Source of the DNA: Octopus vulgaris
Taxonomy: Eukaryota
Reading direction: 5' to 3'
Assembly: GCA_951406725.2 (NCBI GenBank)
Contig: OX597833.1
Coordinates: forward strand, 43,896,001 to 43,960,000
Length of the DNA stretch: 64,000 nt
Shown: positions 51,539 through 64,000 of the stretch, in pieces
Layout of the letters: each line of letters opens with the position of its first letter
Position numbering within the stretch: the first letter of the stretch is position 1
Program-made: the position numbers and the translations under genes
Notes under the pieces: model-generated
What the model was told of the DNA's origin: nothing
What the model saw: the letters and a program-made list of their open reading frames with translations, nothing else
The model's database searches: none

Positions 51539-51649
51539 TCTATGATAAAAAGTCAGCGTACGATAAATATCTGTTGGGGGGGGGGGCTTCAATTGAACGG
51601 CGCGCACGGAGAGGTAAAAATTTGTTTTTGAAATAGTTTATATAGTAAG

Positions 51650-51706
51650 TCTGGCTGACGAGCCTTGACTGGTGGTTCAACACAGGTGAAATCAATTGAT
51701 CACAGA
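51650..51706 (+). ncRNA. Minimal type-I hammerhead motif with AUC cleavage triplet
   Basis: UCUGg-CUGACGA-GCCU...AGGU-GAAAU-caauug-AUC-aCAGA; palindromic AUCAAUUGAU; one mismatch in stem I next to the core. Confidence 0.65.
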
Positions 51707-52116
51707 ATTTCTATGAATTTATTTGTATTTTACTATATGTATTATTACAAATAAGAAGACTGTTTCGGAGAAATAGGCTTACTATATTCTCCGTACGTGT
51801 TTACATTTAGTGAGAGACGAGTGGTTTTGGAAGATTTTAACTCCTCTTTCAAGCAAACAGGTATTTATCGTACCCTTACTTTTTATTATACCACAGATGG
51901 TAAGGGTTTACATAGGAAGTACTACTGATTACGCCGGGCGAAATGCTTAGCAGTATTTCGTTTGTCTTTATGTTCTGAGTTCAAATTCCGCCGAGGTCGA
52001 CTTTGCCTTTCATCCTTTCGGATTCGATAAATTAAGTACCAGTTGCGTACTGGAGCCGATCTAATCGACTGGCTCCCTACCCGAGAATTTTTGGCCTTGT
52101 GCCTAGAGTAGAAAAG

Positions 52117-52150
<34 letters not shown>

Positions 52151-52245
52151 TCAGGGTGTGGTGTAAGTAAGTATCATTCAAATTGAACGATTTTTTATTG
52201 GGAAATTTATAAAAAAACGATGTTTTAAATACTTTTGCTACCCAG

Positions 52246-52293
<48 letters not shown>

Positions 52294-52294
52294 C

Positions 52295-53054
52295 AGGGTG
52301 CGGTGTATAAACTGTCGCCTTAATTACGCAAAAATGAAAATAACACTGATATCTCATTTTAACAGATATATTTACCAAAATTGCCTAAAAATATCTTGAA
52401 ATAATAAAGAGCAAGTATGTTCAATAAAATCGCCATTGGCTTCAACCACAGCCTCCAGACGACTTCAGAATCTCCTGCAACTCTTCTGGACCGTCTCCTT
52501 GTTCAAGTTGGTGAATGCTGCCATAATCTTTGCCTTCAGTTCATCTCTGGTGTTACAATGAGTTTTATGGTCTCTCGCTCAACTACACTCCACACATAAT
52601 AATGAAGAGTGTTGCAGTGTGGGGAGTTAGGTGACCAGATGTTAGGGGTTATGAGGTCGCAGAAATTGTTTGACAGCCATGACTCGCTTCACCTCCATCT
52701 GTGGCATGATGCAGAGTCATGTTGTCAGATACAGGCTCGTCCAGCAGCCACCCTCTTCACCCAGGGCAACACTACCTCCTCCACGCACTTGATGTAGACC
52801 TCCGTGTTGAGTGTGAGTGGGAAGATGAATGGAAGCATAACGTCACCATCACTAGTAACCACTCCAAATACCATGATGTTGACTGGATGTTTGATTTTTA
52901 TCCCTCTCGGTACATATCTTCTCGATACTTGTCCTCAGATCCATGTCCTCGGATTGACACGAAATGTTCGTACTGTTGTCAAACCGCGCAACATGTCATT
53001 TTCAAATTTCTGGCAGAGTGAATCGAGTCATGGGGCTGTTTTTCTCAAATACGG
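52295..53054 (-). mobile_element. maT/DD37D-like Tc1-mariner remnant
   Basis: QHDSASCHR...WLSNNFCDLITPNIWSPNSPHCNTLHYYVWSVVERET. Confidence 0.7.
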
Positions 53055-53282
53055 TATATATATATATATATATATATATATTCGTCATTCGAAGGCTAAA
53101 ACAATGCGAACGCATTGTGACCAGCGATGTATAACTACATCTGATGGACTGGTCGGTCACGTGATGGTGATGGTGATATACACACACATATATATATATA
53201 TATATATAGGTTAGTACAGTTAGCGGTTGGAATGACCGTCGAAGAGATAAGAATATCCGTTTTAATACTGGTATAAATTATA

Positions 53283-54195
53283 CAGTGTGTTCAAAAAGTC
53301 TCTCCGCAGTAAGTATTTTATTGCGAAATAAACATCTATAAGTTAGTATAGAACTACAAATCATTATACTAGACTTTACAAGACTTTAAAAAACTTTATA
53401 AGAGGTGTTGAAAGTGTTGTCCTTCATTTTCAGTACATAAGTTGACTCTTCTACACATGTTTTGAAATAAACCTTGGAGAGTCTGACACGTTTGGAGATT
53501 ATGATTGAGGCTTTTAGCTCATTAATGGTTTTCGGGCGATTCTTGTACACTGATCCTTTACTCGCTCCCCAGTAAAAATGTCTGGCGGTGTTAAATCAGG
53601 TGATCTTGGTGGCCAAAGTCCCTTCGAAATAATCCGTTCACCGAAAAACTCTTGAAGTAGCGCCATGATGATGCGCGAGGTATGTGTTGTAGCTCCGTCT
53701 TGCTGAAAGTGTGCATTATTAATTTCGCTTTCAGTGAGTTGGCCCACAAATGGATAGACAACATTTGAGCAATATTTCTCGGTGTTGATGGTGTCTTAAA
53801 AAAGAAAATGTCGGTCCCACAATACGGTTTCTCGAAATTGCTATCCATATTCGACTTTTTCGGGATGCCAAAGTTGCTCATGCATCGCGTGTGGATTCTC
53901 AGTGCTTCATAACGTTGTGTTTTGCGAATTTATGTGTCCCGACAGATGAAACCAAGCCTCATAGGTGTAAAAACACCCATCCAGCACTTCTATGCCTTTT
54001 TCGGCAACAACATTTTGGAACCAAGGACAATAATGAAGCCTTTTAGCATGATCCGTAGTTTTCAATTCTTGAATGGCCAGCATTTTGTATGGAAAGAAAT
54101 TTAATTTATTTTTTACTGTTGTGTGAGCACTTTGTAGGCTGATTTCCGTTTCATGTGACAATATTGATATCCTTTTTTTTTTTACAACATTCATG
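53283..54195 (-). mobile_element. rosa-like Tc1-mariner remnant
   Basis: YEAWFHLSGHINSQN and FQQDGATTHT...IISKGLWPPRSPDLTPPDIF (D-x38-D); terminus TA|CAGTGTG. Confidence 0.75.
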
Positions 54196-55379
54196 TGCTA
54201 TGTCTCTACGTAGATATTTATTTTCAAAAGGGGACTCATTTTCCCTTCCAAAGTTGCATCTTTTTATAACTATTATTACTTTCAGCATAACAACTATAAT
54301 TATACCCGCTATTTGACTGTTACAAATTTTACTATTTTTATGATATTTCTATCATTATTATAATAATTAACACTGACAGAGTCTAAGTCCCTCGTTGTTC
54401 TTAGTACTTATTGTTCCTGCGCATCTTCCACGCATGAAAGCGATCTTATCTGTTAGCCTAACAGCGATTCCACTATATCTCTTATGCGTCTGTAGCAATA
54501 TTGCTTTCTTCATTGCTATCTTCACTGTTTGAGAAAAATATTAAGAATGATCTCGTTTGAGATTACAAACATCTTTGGCTAGTCTAACGTTGTTGTGTCC
54601 ACTATTTTGATTGGTTAGCATCTAAGCGCGGTCTGTCTCTCTACTTATTTCGCGCCAGTGTGTAAACTGACCAATCACGGCTTTCGGATAGGACTTTTCA
54701 TTTGAGCCATCTTAACTCTTTAAATAGGCTGATCATATCACGATTCATGTCTTTCGGCTTAAGACCTTTTAAGGTCTTGGTCGGAGACCACACAGAGCTT
54801 ACTCAACCATGTTCCAGTTCGAAAGGCAGACGACAGCCAAGCCAACCATAATATGAAGACGCTATTGTAAACCAGCGACAGACATAACGTCATCACCATC
54901 ATCGTCTCCATCTACGAAGATTTCCACTTGTACACAAGATAAATACAGATTCAACTCATGCTGTTAGTGTGAAAATCTCACCACGGAAAAACAGTTGCAG
55001 TATATATATCTGAAAGAATATCTATATCAAGAGAAAAATATGCACAACAAGTGACTCAACTAATCTCTGCTCTGAGACTCAAATCTTGTATAGAACTCAT
55101 TATCGTGTACTACATGAACTGGTAAAATAACTCTAAAGTAACTTTATATAAACTAAAAATGTTGAGACTTCTCTTATGTTCTGTTGTATTTCTTTCGCAC
55201 GCACGAACACACAGATACAAATATTATAAGCATGCATTCATGACACAACAATACGCATCACTGTACACTGTGAAATAAATCTATCTTCTCTTTATAAAAG
55301 TAGAACGGTTTTTGGCGTCCCTTTATTCATTTACTTTGGCACTGTATATTAAACATGTATTATGGCTTATATAACATTA

Positions 55380-55780
55380 TGTTATGATATGCTGGGATGC
55401 GGCCGGACGCTGTTGAACAAGAGGAGAAATATGTCACCGAAACTCCTCACGCACGGTCGTATACTAACACGTCCATAGCTTATACGTGGCGTAGCAAATG
55501 GAATTACGTCCCACTCCTTTCCTACGTATTGAACAAGGCCATTTACCTGGCGGAAAGATAGTCTTATCTGCTTTCTTGCAAACAACAAATTTAATCTTTG
55601 CTAGGTTAAATTTAAGGCCCTTTGTTTCCAGGTTTCGCTTCTAAACCATGAACCTCTCCAATTTTGCTTCAGATTCTGCAATAAGAGAAAGATTATCAGC
55701 ATATGACATTTCCCATGGGCACCCAATTTTGAATTCCTCTGTTATGGCCTGGAGAACTATGGTGAATAAGAGTGGACTAA
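55380..55780 (-). mobile_element. RTE LINE RT fragment
   Basis: SPLLFTIVLQAITEEFKIGCPWEMSYADNLSLIAES...KGLKFN...KWPCS. Confidence 0.75.
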
Positions 55781-55789
55781 GAATTGATT

Positions 55790-56575
55790 ATTCTGTATTA
55801 TTTCTTACTTACGTAAAAGTTTTCCCATTTTACTATTATTCTTTTAAACTACTATGTGCAGTGTTCTGCCTATCGTAATTTATGCCACTACCTAAGGTTG
55901 TCTTTGTACTGCTGCTCCATCAGGCTCCGTTAATTAAATTATTTCTTTCCCTATTTCTTACTATCCTTGCATTTTCATCCTTTCCCTTCTATCGCTATTA
56001 CTTAGAGTCAAAATATCGATTCTGCTAATGAGCCCCTCATAGTATCAGATCTGACATTTATAACCCTATTTCTACAATCGCTCTTATTGTTATTTATATC
56101 GTCATTAATTCCCCCTCTAGACTTACCATTTTCATCTTCCAATTGTGGACCTTACAATTATAATAATTATTTTATAGAGTTCACGGGTTCGTGCAAGCAG
56201 GGTTGCAAACTACCTCATTACTTTGGATGTAACTAATTTTCCTGTATATCCCACTCTAGCTAGTGCTGCCTTTTACAACCCTATTCGACATAAAGATTTC
56301 CTTGACTGCAGACGATTTTGAAATTCTATGCGAAACGTTATTAATAATAGAGTTTATAATTGCAAGGGGATGATTTGAGGATGTTCTAATGTTCCTAAAA
56401 TTCTCGCTTGATTTATGGTAAGGTATATATAATCTTACATTGAAGCTCGATATATCTAGAAAATTAACTAATCTGTTATCTGCTTCTATAGTGATGGATA
56501 AGCCAAAATTTCCGAAGAATTTAAATAACATTTTCCTATACATTTCTAGTTCCGCTACGCTATACCTGCCAGCAT
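55790..56575 (-). mobile_element. Penelope-like RT C-terminal remnant
   Basis: FGLSITIEA..VNFLDI..YIPYHK..SNHPLAIINSI..RISKSS. Confidence 0.7.
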
Positions 56576-56811
56576 AAGAGACTATGTACCTACATATAGG
56601 TGAAAATTTATTTTATGATATCTATATTGATGCATGTGTTTGAGCGTGTATGTACACAAATATATTGTACGCACACACACACACACACACGAACACACAC
56701 AAACATTCATATGATATGTTTTCAATAACAGAAGTCAACGAGCAGTAACTGGAGAAAGCACACAAGAGAAGGTGTTGAATCTAATATTTATTTCCGGGAA
56801 AATGTGAGTTG

Positions 56812-56853
56812 ACCGTAACTAGGAAGTTTCGCAGAAGAGGTTCATCAGGCAGT
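56812..56853 (-). ncRNA. Degenerate hammerhead motif (duplication copy 2)
   Basis: ACUGC-CUGAUGA-accucuucugc-GAAAC-uuccua-GUU-ACGGU: core intact, stems I and II damaged; paralogous to 29433-29474. Confidence 0.5.
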
Positions 56854-56953
56854 AACCTGTAAAAAAGAATGCGTTGTCAATTTAGAAAGAAACTATGTAT
56901 GTATGTATGTATGTATGTATGTATGTATGTATGTATGTATGTATGTATGTATG

Positions 56954-57001
<48 letters not shown>

Positions 57002-57017
57002 CATCCATCTATCCATC

Positions 57018-57048
<31 letters not shown>

Positions 57049-58302
57049 CTAAGTAGGTAGGTGTGTATGTATGACTATATGTATTTGTTTTGTTTATGTA
57101 TGTATGTATGTATGTATGTATGTATGTATGTATGTATATATGTATGTATTTGTCCCTAGCCAGCGCTTGACAAACGGCTTTGCTTGTATAAGGTCCCATA
57201 AGATAGTGGTTCAGCAAAAGCGACCGGAAGAATAAGTACCAGATTTAAAGTTAAATAGTGATGCGTATTTTTCGGTATTTCAAGGTTATGGACAAGCATG
57301 GTCGCAGTCCAATGACTGAAACAAGTAAACGGTCTATGTCCGAAATGGTGAGATGTTCAGTGTTCGAATGCCTTGCTTGATGAATGCTGATCCAAACATG
57401 AATGAATGATAACAACAATGGGATTTGTTAAGAAAAGCAATGCAGTAAGCACAAACTAAATCAATAATATTTTAATATAAGAATAACAAAATCACAGAAA
57501 AGAAAATGAATTATATAATACGAACCTGGTTGATTCGGTTTTTCTTTTCCGAGATACTTCATGCAGATTGCTAATAAAAAGCAGGGCTGTTGCAAATATT
57601 AAAATCTTAGTAATAATATTTGCATTATACAATTTATCTGTAACAGAGAGAAAAAATATATTCCATTATAATTTTGGTACAAGGCCAGAAATTTTGGAGA
57701 AGGAGGAAATCGACTACATCAACTCCAGTACTCAATTGGTACTTATTTTATCGACCCCGAAAGGATGAAAAGCCAAGTTAACTTCGGTGGCGTTTGAACT
57801 CAGAAAGTAAAGCAGGATATAATGCTGTTAAGAATTTTTTCCTGCGTGCTCACGATTCTGCCAGATCTCCTCCTCAGAAAAAAAAATAATCAGGGATATT
57901 GAGAATTTACATAAACATGTATAAAAAAAGAAAAATAACTATAACAGCAGGAAAATAATTATGGCAACAGATTTCCTTACTTAGGGGGAAATGCTCACCA
58001 GTAGTACCATGGTAAATGCTTTTCTCTCTTCTATGTTTCTCAAACTACAGGCGCATGCTCATTTTAGGGCAATTCACTCGCGCCATTCATTCACCGCCTA
58101 ATAAATGTACTGGGAGTAAACAGCTCCCTCTCCACGCTTACTTTCCTTCCTAAGTGAAATTTGAAAAGTCATGAGGGTTTGGTTAAAAAACAACAACAAA
58201 GAAACAAGTGTCTGCCTTCAGGCATATCAGTCGCGTGGACAAAGTTCCGACACACGATCTCAGATCAGGTCACTTGCTACGCAAGTACATCTCCGTAATG
58301 TA

Positions 58303-58338
<36 letters not shown>

Positions 58339-59111
58339 TGTATGTATGTATGTATGTATGTATGTATGTATGTATGTATATGTGTATTATATACACAAAT
58401 TAAGGAGAGGCGGTAAGGTATTATAGGCCAGTAAGGCGGAGAGCTGGCAGAAACGTTAGCACGTCGGGCGCAATGCTTAGCGGTATTTCGTCTGCCGTTA
58501 CGTTGTGAGTTCAAATTCCGCCGAGGTCGACTTTACCTTTCATCCTTTCGGGGTCGATAAATTAAGTACCAGTTACGCACTGGGGTCGATGTAATCGACT
58601 TAATACCTATGTCTGTCCTTGTTGTCCCCTCTATGTTTAGCCCCTTGTGGGTAATAAAGAAATAGGTATTATAGGTCAGTAACAAAGTCTTTAGTTTTCT
58701 GTAATAATCTGTGTTCCTCCATGAGTGTGGTCTACGGGTAGTGTTTAGCCGAGCAAAGGGTATAGAGTCAAAAGATGAGATGCAGAGATGTAGCGCTCAA
58801 ATAATTTGAACTTACACTCCGAAATTTTTTGTTTGCGTGTGTGTATGTGTGCTAATGTTTTCTATATTGAACATATCTGGATCTCATCTGCTGAATCATT
58901 ACCCTTTGCTCAGCTGAGCGCTACCAATAGATCACACTTCTGGATATATAATTCTTGGGCACATCTACAAGGAATATCTCAATTCCACCCTGGGATCTCT
59001 ACATGAAGGTCTTACTACAGGAAACCAACGACTATATTACGGACCTTCGCCATGATAGATCGCTAGCCACTAAACCTTTTTTAATTTCTCTCCCTGTTTA
59101 TTTCTGTGTTC

Positions 59112-59147
59112 CTTTCTGACGAACAGCATAGGCACGAAACGTAAAAG
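59112..59147 (+). ncRNA. Ultra-minimal hammerhead motif
   Basis: CUUU-CUGACGA-acaGC(auag)GCac-GAAAC-GUA-AAAG; stem III reduced to the ACGU palindrome; stem II weak. Confidence 0.6.
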
Positions 59148-59170
59148 ACTTTCTCACTTCCTGAGCGTTA

Positions 59171-59228
<58 letters not shown>

Positions 59229-59377
59229 AAGAAAATAAGGTGGCTTATTTTCTTTACTATATACTGAACCTTACAAAGGTCCTGACAATTAATTTGTCGT
59301 ATTTACATACCGAAATTTACCGGTAAATAATTGTTGGTTACATGGAAAACCACAGGAAAATTATTTACCATTTTTAT

Positions 59378-59420
<43 letters not shown>

Positions 59421-59536
59421 AAATATATATATATATCGTAGCTCTTCGCTCTGACATTTGAAACACCGAATACTATAACATATAAAAATAATTCTCTATT
59501 TCTTTAATATCAAGGTCTCATTCTTTTGTTGTTATT

Positions 59537-59598
<62 letters not shown>

Positions 59599-60239
59599 CA
59601 TTCACACACTGTCGTGTGTTACTAAGTCAATTTCTACTCACACGGGGCCAATTTAACGCTTTCGCATTAATTTAGTTTTAGCTCAATCTTAATTTGCACT
59701 TACATTTTGACATAAATTAATCGAAGTCTTGTTCAATAGAAAAATTTATGATAAAAGATGTTGGACTAAAAACGTTAGTATAGTTATTTAAAAGAAAAAC
59801 TATACTTGGATTATAACTATTTAAAAGAACTCAATGTGTAGAATCATTTGGTGAAAACTTTGTTAAAAGATAGAGAAAACTTATGCAACTTTAAGTGATA
59901 AAAAGTGATAATTTGTTGTTAGGTTTTTATTTGTTTACACCTACGTTCGGAGAGTGACTGCTGTGACAACTGACTACTACTGTTATAAAATGCTTGGGAT
60001 TTGAATGGGTTAACGGACCTACATAACTGGGCATTTTTCAGACGGTTTTTCTTACGAAGATGGGCCCTTGCGACTAAAATATAATGGACTTTTGAACTTA
60101 CCGCTTGTTGGAAGCTCTCTATTTTCTCTCATTTCACATTCTTCGATATCACAATGTTCAAGCAAACCACAACGCTCTTATTGCCCTAAAAAATATTTTG
60201 TCATTCCCTTAGCATTATTATTATCTATTTTTTCTTTAT

Positions 60240-60670
60240 ATATCAAGGTCATCCCATGAATTCTGTCCAATTTTACCTTTTTAAAATTGAATGAAATTTA
60301 CTAGCATTTTAGAATGTCTAATGGAATTTAAAATTATTTTTATGCATTTGTGTACATTTAAACTAATTAAATATTATTTTACAGAATAATAGAATTAAAA
60401 TTTCTTTGATGAAAACCCTTTCTAACATGGAAGTATCCAAAGAGCATTTAAGGCACATAATGCTTTATGAGTACAAAAAAGGAAACTCTGCAGCCGAAGC
60501 GACTCGAAACATACACTCAGTTTATGGGAAAGAATGCTTGAATGAAAAGAACTTGCAGAAGATGGTTTGCAAAATTCAGAAGTGGAGATTTCAGCCTTGA
60601 AGATGAAGATCGAACAGGACGTCCAATTGAGTTTGATGATAAGCCCCTTGAAGCATTACTTGGAGAAAAT
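60240..60670 (+). mobile_element. mariner 5' remnant (HTH region) truncated by a PLE-type sequence
   Basis: MEVSKEHLRHIMLYEYKKGNSAAEATRNI..(frameshift)RTCRRWFAKFRSGDFSLEDEDRTGRP. Confidence 0.85.
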
Positions 60671-61216
60671 CTTTATAAGAATTTATCAAGTAGCGTGAAA
60701 AACCTCATAAGAGAAAAAACATAATTTTTTCTCTTAAATATATTCATTTATATTATATAGAGGGCATTACTATACATAAATGCTACACGCTATGAGGGAC
60801 TCTTAAAGTCAAAACTACTAAAATAAATAAACACATAGTATCGAATGCGAAGGAATGCAACTGTCGAAGTGAGCCTTTTAAAAACAGAATTCAGTTGCAA
60901 ATCACATGATTTCACAATTCGTGCAGAAATGCACATTTTAATCATCAGTGCAAGCATAATTCAAGATTTATAACGAATGAACAAAAATCAACATACCAGA
61001 TGCACATCCAATGTATCCAGCGTAGCATATACAAATGTTCAATCTTTATACATCTATGTAAAAGACGGGCTTTTTCGAATTGCAACATGTTTATTATGAA
61101 TAGCAATTCAGTACTGAACATACCCCGGTTAAATTTACAATTTAAAAATAGTTTTGGTAGTTTTGACTTTAAGAGTCCCTCCTAGCGTGTGACATTTATG
61201 TATAGTAATGCCCTCC

Positions 61217-61293
<77 letters not shown>

Positions 61294-61666
61294 GTAAATA
61301 ATATATATATATAAAGCCCTCGCCCCCTCCCCAACAGTGTCATGTATATGAACGCACTCATGAACGCGAATTAAGTATATGGATACATACAAATGTAGAG
61401 GTGATTAACATATAGGTATGAGGAACTTCTTTAGGGAATTTCGACCTGCGAAAAATAGCAGAGAAATCGCCATCATTTCTCATACGCTGTCTTAAAAGAA
61501 AAAAATGGGCAGATTTGATATTACAGTCCTCAGTGTACTATGATTTAAAAAACATCGGAATGTATTTGGTCATAGGTCTACTCAATCTCAATCAAATCCA
61601 TCATCAAAGACTTGAGACAAAATAGCAGCGACAAAATTAACAAGAAGCGGTAAAAGCGTTAATCAA

Positions 61667-61736
<70 letters not shown>

Positions 61737-61761
61737 ACACACACACACACACAAAACTTAC

Positions 61762-62063
61762 CTGCTAAATGAGTTTTTCAGTGATTGTTTTACCGCCCAG
61801 AAAACATGAAATGCTTGTTGTGCCATTATACGTCTTTTCTAAAGTATAATTATACACTGATACTGCTGCAGTGAAACACTTGCCATAATGTGTGATATGT
61901 TGAAACTTTTCAAAAACATCTACTCCAAATTTTGTTCTTACAAACCATATAAAATAAGCTTCACGAAGTGGTGCACCGACATATGCAGTACATCTCAAGA
62001 ACATTGTCTTGCCCTTTTCAGCAGGTGGGTTAAGAACTTGCAGCTTGTTTATGTAAGATCTCG
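61762..62063 (-). CDS. Ig-like domain 2 exon of tandem paralog B (1-nt deletion gives TAG just before the donor; upstream exons presumably beyond the window)
   Basis: Same acceptor and donor context as 40987-41289; 45/98 aa identical with no gaps; 302 vs 303 nt. Confidence 0.75.
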
Positions 62064-62382
62064 CTGAAAAGAAAGAATCAAAATATGTAAAAGAATCGAT
62101 ATATGTAAAGTTTAGAACAATGGACCACACAATAACAGACTACGAGGTTTCACTGAATAAGCTACAAGGTTCAGACTAAACAAAAATGTTTATCAGCGCT
62201 CTAAATATTCTTAATGCCGAGCCTTGTGAACTCGTGTTTCGAAGTGTTCAACCGTCGAACTTTTTAGTGAAAGCAGTGCAAAGGCTATTCGGAGCCGAAT
62301 CAATAGCAATAAATACACAACACATGAAGGACACATTCATACGCATGTATATTTACACACACACGTATGTACGTACGTAGTA

Positions 62383-62880
62383 TGATCGATAAGTATCCGG
62401 ACTGTTGCTAGAGTAACGAACTTAAAGTATGCAGAGTAAAGCTGCTTGACACAGATTGACCTTGAACTCTGCCGTGCATCTGCACTAAGTTTCAATGTTC
62501 TAGCTCACTTCCGGTGTTTACATCAGTGCTTGGCAGTAACGTGTGTAGCGTGTGTTCGTCGTCTTGACAATGACAGAGACAGTTGAGCAGAGAATCTGCA
62601 TCAAATTTTGCCAAGAGCTTGACGATACCTGCTCACAGGCCTACGCAAGTTTTCAAAATGTTTTCATCGCTCTCCACACAATCGTGGAGATCTTGTGCAA
62701 CTGAAACCCGAGTGTCTTTTTGGTCAACTGAAAGCAGTTTTGGCGCAAACTTGGCAGACACATGTTTCATGCCCAAATCTTCAGTGATAATGGAATGAAC
62801 CGAACCGTAACTAATCTGCACATACTCTGATAACTCATAGATGGTGATTCGACGATTTCCTCTCACAGCTGCATGCACAG
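62383..62880. mobile_element. mariner remnant with an internal inversion
   Basis: Plus strand MTETVEQRICIKFC (from ~62570) abuts minus-strand NRRITIYELSE..ITEDLGMKHVSAKFAPKLL. Confidence 0.7.
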
Positions 62881-62899
62881 TGGTGTACTAATGCCTGGA

Positions 62900-63525
62900 A
62901 CTAGGTTTCTAATTACAGGTTTCTTATCATTCTCGGCCAATAGAGAGGTCTTCCCCTCTACAATGATGCTTTGGCCAGGAGCGGGTTTACTGAGAAGCTC
63001 ACGTATGTTGATGACCCCCAAACACTCTCAGTATTAGGAGAAGGAGAACTATATGGTATAATCCCCTTTCAACCTAGACGACTCCACCAACGTAGCTAGG
63101 GGCTTTCTGTCATTAATTAAAAAGTACTTCCCCAGAGGCCATAAGTATTACAAACTATTCAACCCCCATAATGTCATGGTGAGCTACTCTTACTTAGACA
63201 ACATCGCATCTAAAATCGCACGCATCAACAGACGTAAACATACACCCACACTACCCCAATCCCCAACCTGCAACTTCCGAAACACCACAATATACCCTCT
63301 AGAAGGCTCTTGTTTTTCAAGGGCCGTAGTATACAGAGCCACCCTTACACCATCCGATGGCATTACTATATGGGTATGACAGCTAATGATTTCAAAGGTA
63401 GATACTCCCAGCATATGCACTTGTTCAGATCCAGGGATAGAGAGAACTCTACTTACCTGTCTCGTTTTCTCTGGGGACTCCGTGATCTCCGAGATGAATA
63501 CCAACTACTAGCTCGGTCTCCGTGA
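62900..63525 (+). mobile_element. Penelope-like element remnant (GIY-YIG endonuclease region)
   Basis: WYNPPFN..TNVARGFL..VSYS..CN....PLEGSC..VVYRAT..YMGMTANDFKGRYSQH..STYLS. Confidence 0.85.
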
Positions 63526-64000
63526 AAATCTGTATTAAGTCGATTATATCGATCCCAGTGCGTAACTGGTACTTATTTAAGTGATCCCGAAAGGATTAAA
63601 GGTAAAGTTGACCTCGGTGGAATTTGAACTCAGAACGTAAAGACAGACGAAATACTGGTAAGCATTTCGCCCGGCGTGCTAACGTTTCTGCCATCTCGCC
63701 GTCTTTAAATACCTATTTCTTTACTACCCACAAGGGAATAAACGCATAGAGAACAAACAAGGACAGACAAACGGATTAAGTCGATTATATCGGCCCCAGT
63801 GCGTAACTGGTACTTATTTAATCGACCCCGGAAGGATGAAAGGCAAAGTCGACCTCGGCGGAATTTGAACTCAGAACGTAGGGGTCGACTTGCTCGACTA
63901 AAGGCGGTGCTCCAGCATGGCCGCAGTCAAATGACTGAAACAAGTAGAAGAGTAAAAGAGTACATCATTGATCTAAAAACAATGGTGGAAAAAAAAAAGG

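Larger units (their letters stand above)
56640..62335. repeat. Copy 2 of the segmental tandem duplication
   Basis: Same block order as copy 1 with different later TE insertions; about 80-84% identity in two hand-counted non-coding samples. Confidence 0.85.

Noticed and set aside
54490-55250. Possible solo LTR (TG start, CCAAT boxes, TATA-like TTTAAATAGG)
   Set aside because: No matching TSD, second LTR or primer-binding site found.

Overview
AT-rich, microsatellite- and transposon-dense animal genomic DNA. The SINE families and general style point to a cephalopod, most likely Octopus (inference). Three host loci are readable: (1) the last nine coding exons of an ABCC1/MRP-like ABC transporter (+, <1..14591); (2) an intronless MORN2-like gene (+, 21343..21807); (3) a minus-strand gene for a signal peptide plus two Ig-like domains (49232..~39385), with a tandem paralog whose second Ig exon lies at 61762..62063 inside a duplicated block (~29.3-42 kb vs ~56.6-62.3 kb). 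The paralogous Ig exons are far more diverged than their flanking introns, which suggests diversifying selection on a secreted or surface recognition-protein cluster. The remainder is decayed mobile DNA: tRNA-derived SINEs, Penelope-like elements (PLEs), RTE, CR1-like and CRE-clade LINE remnants, mariner/maT/rosa/Tigger remnants, Helitron-type non-autonomous elements and a TTAGGG-containing MITE family. About ten minimal type-I hammerhead ribozyme motifs, intact to degenerate, sit in PLE-derived fragments. There is one 100-N assembly gap. All alignments and counts were done by eye.
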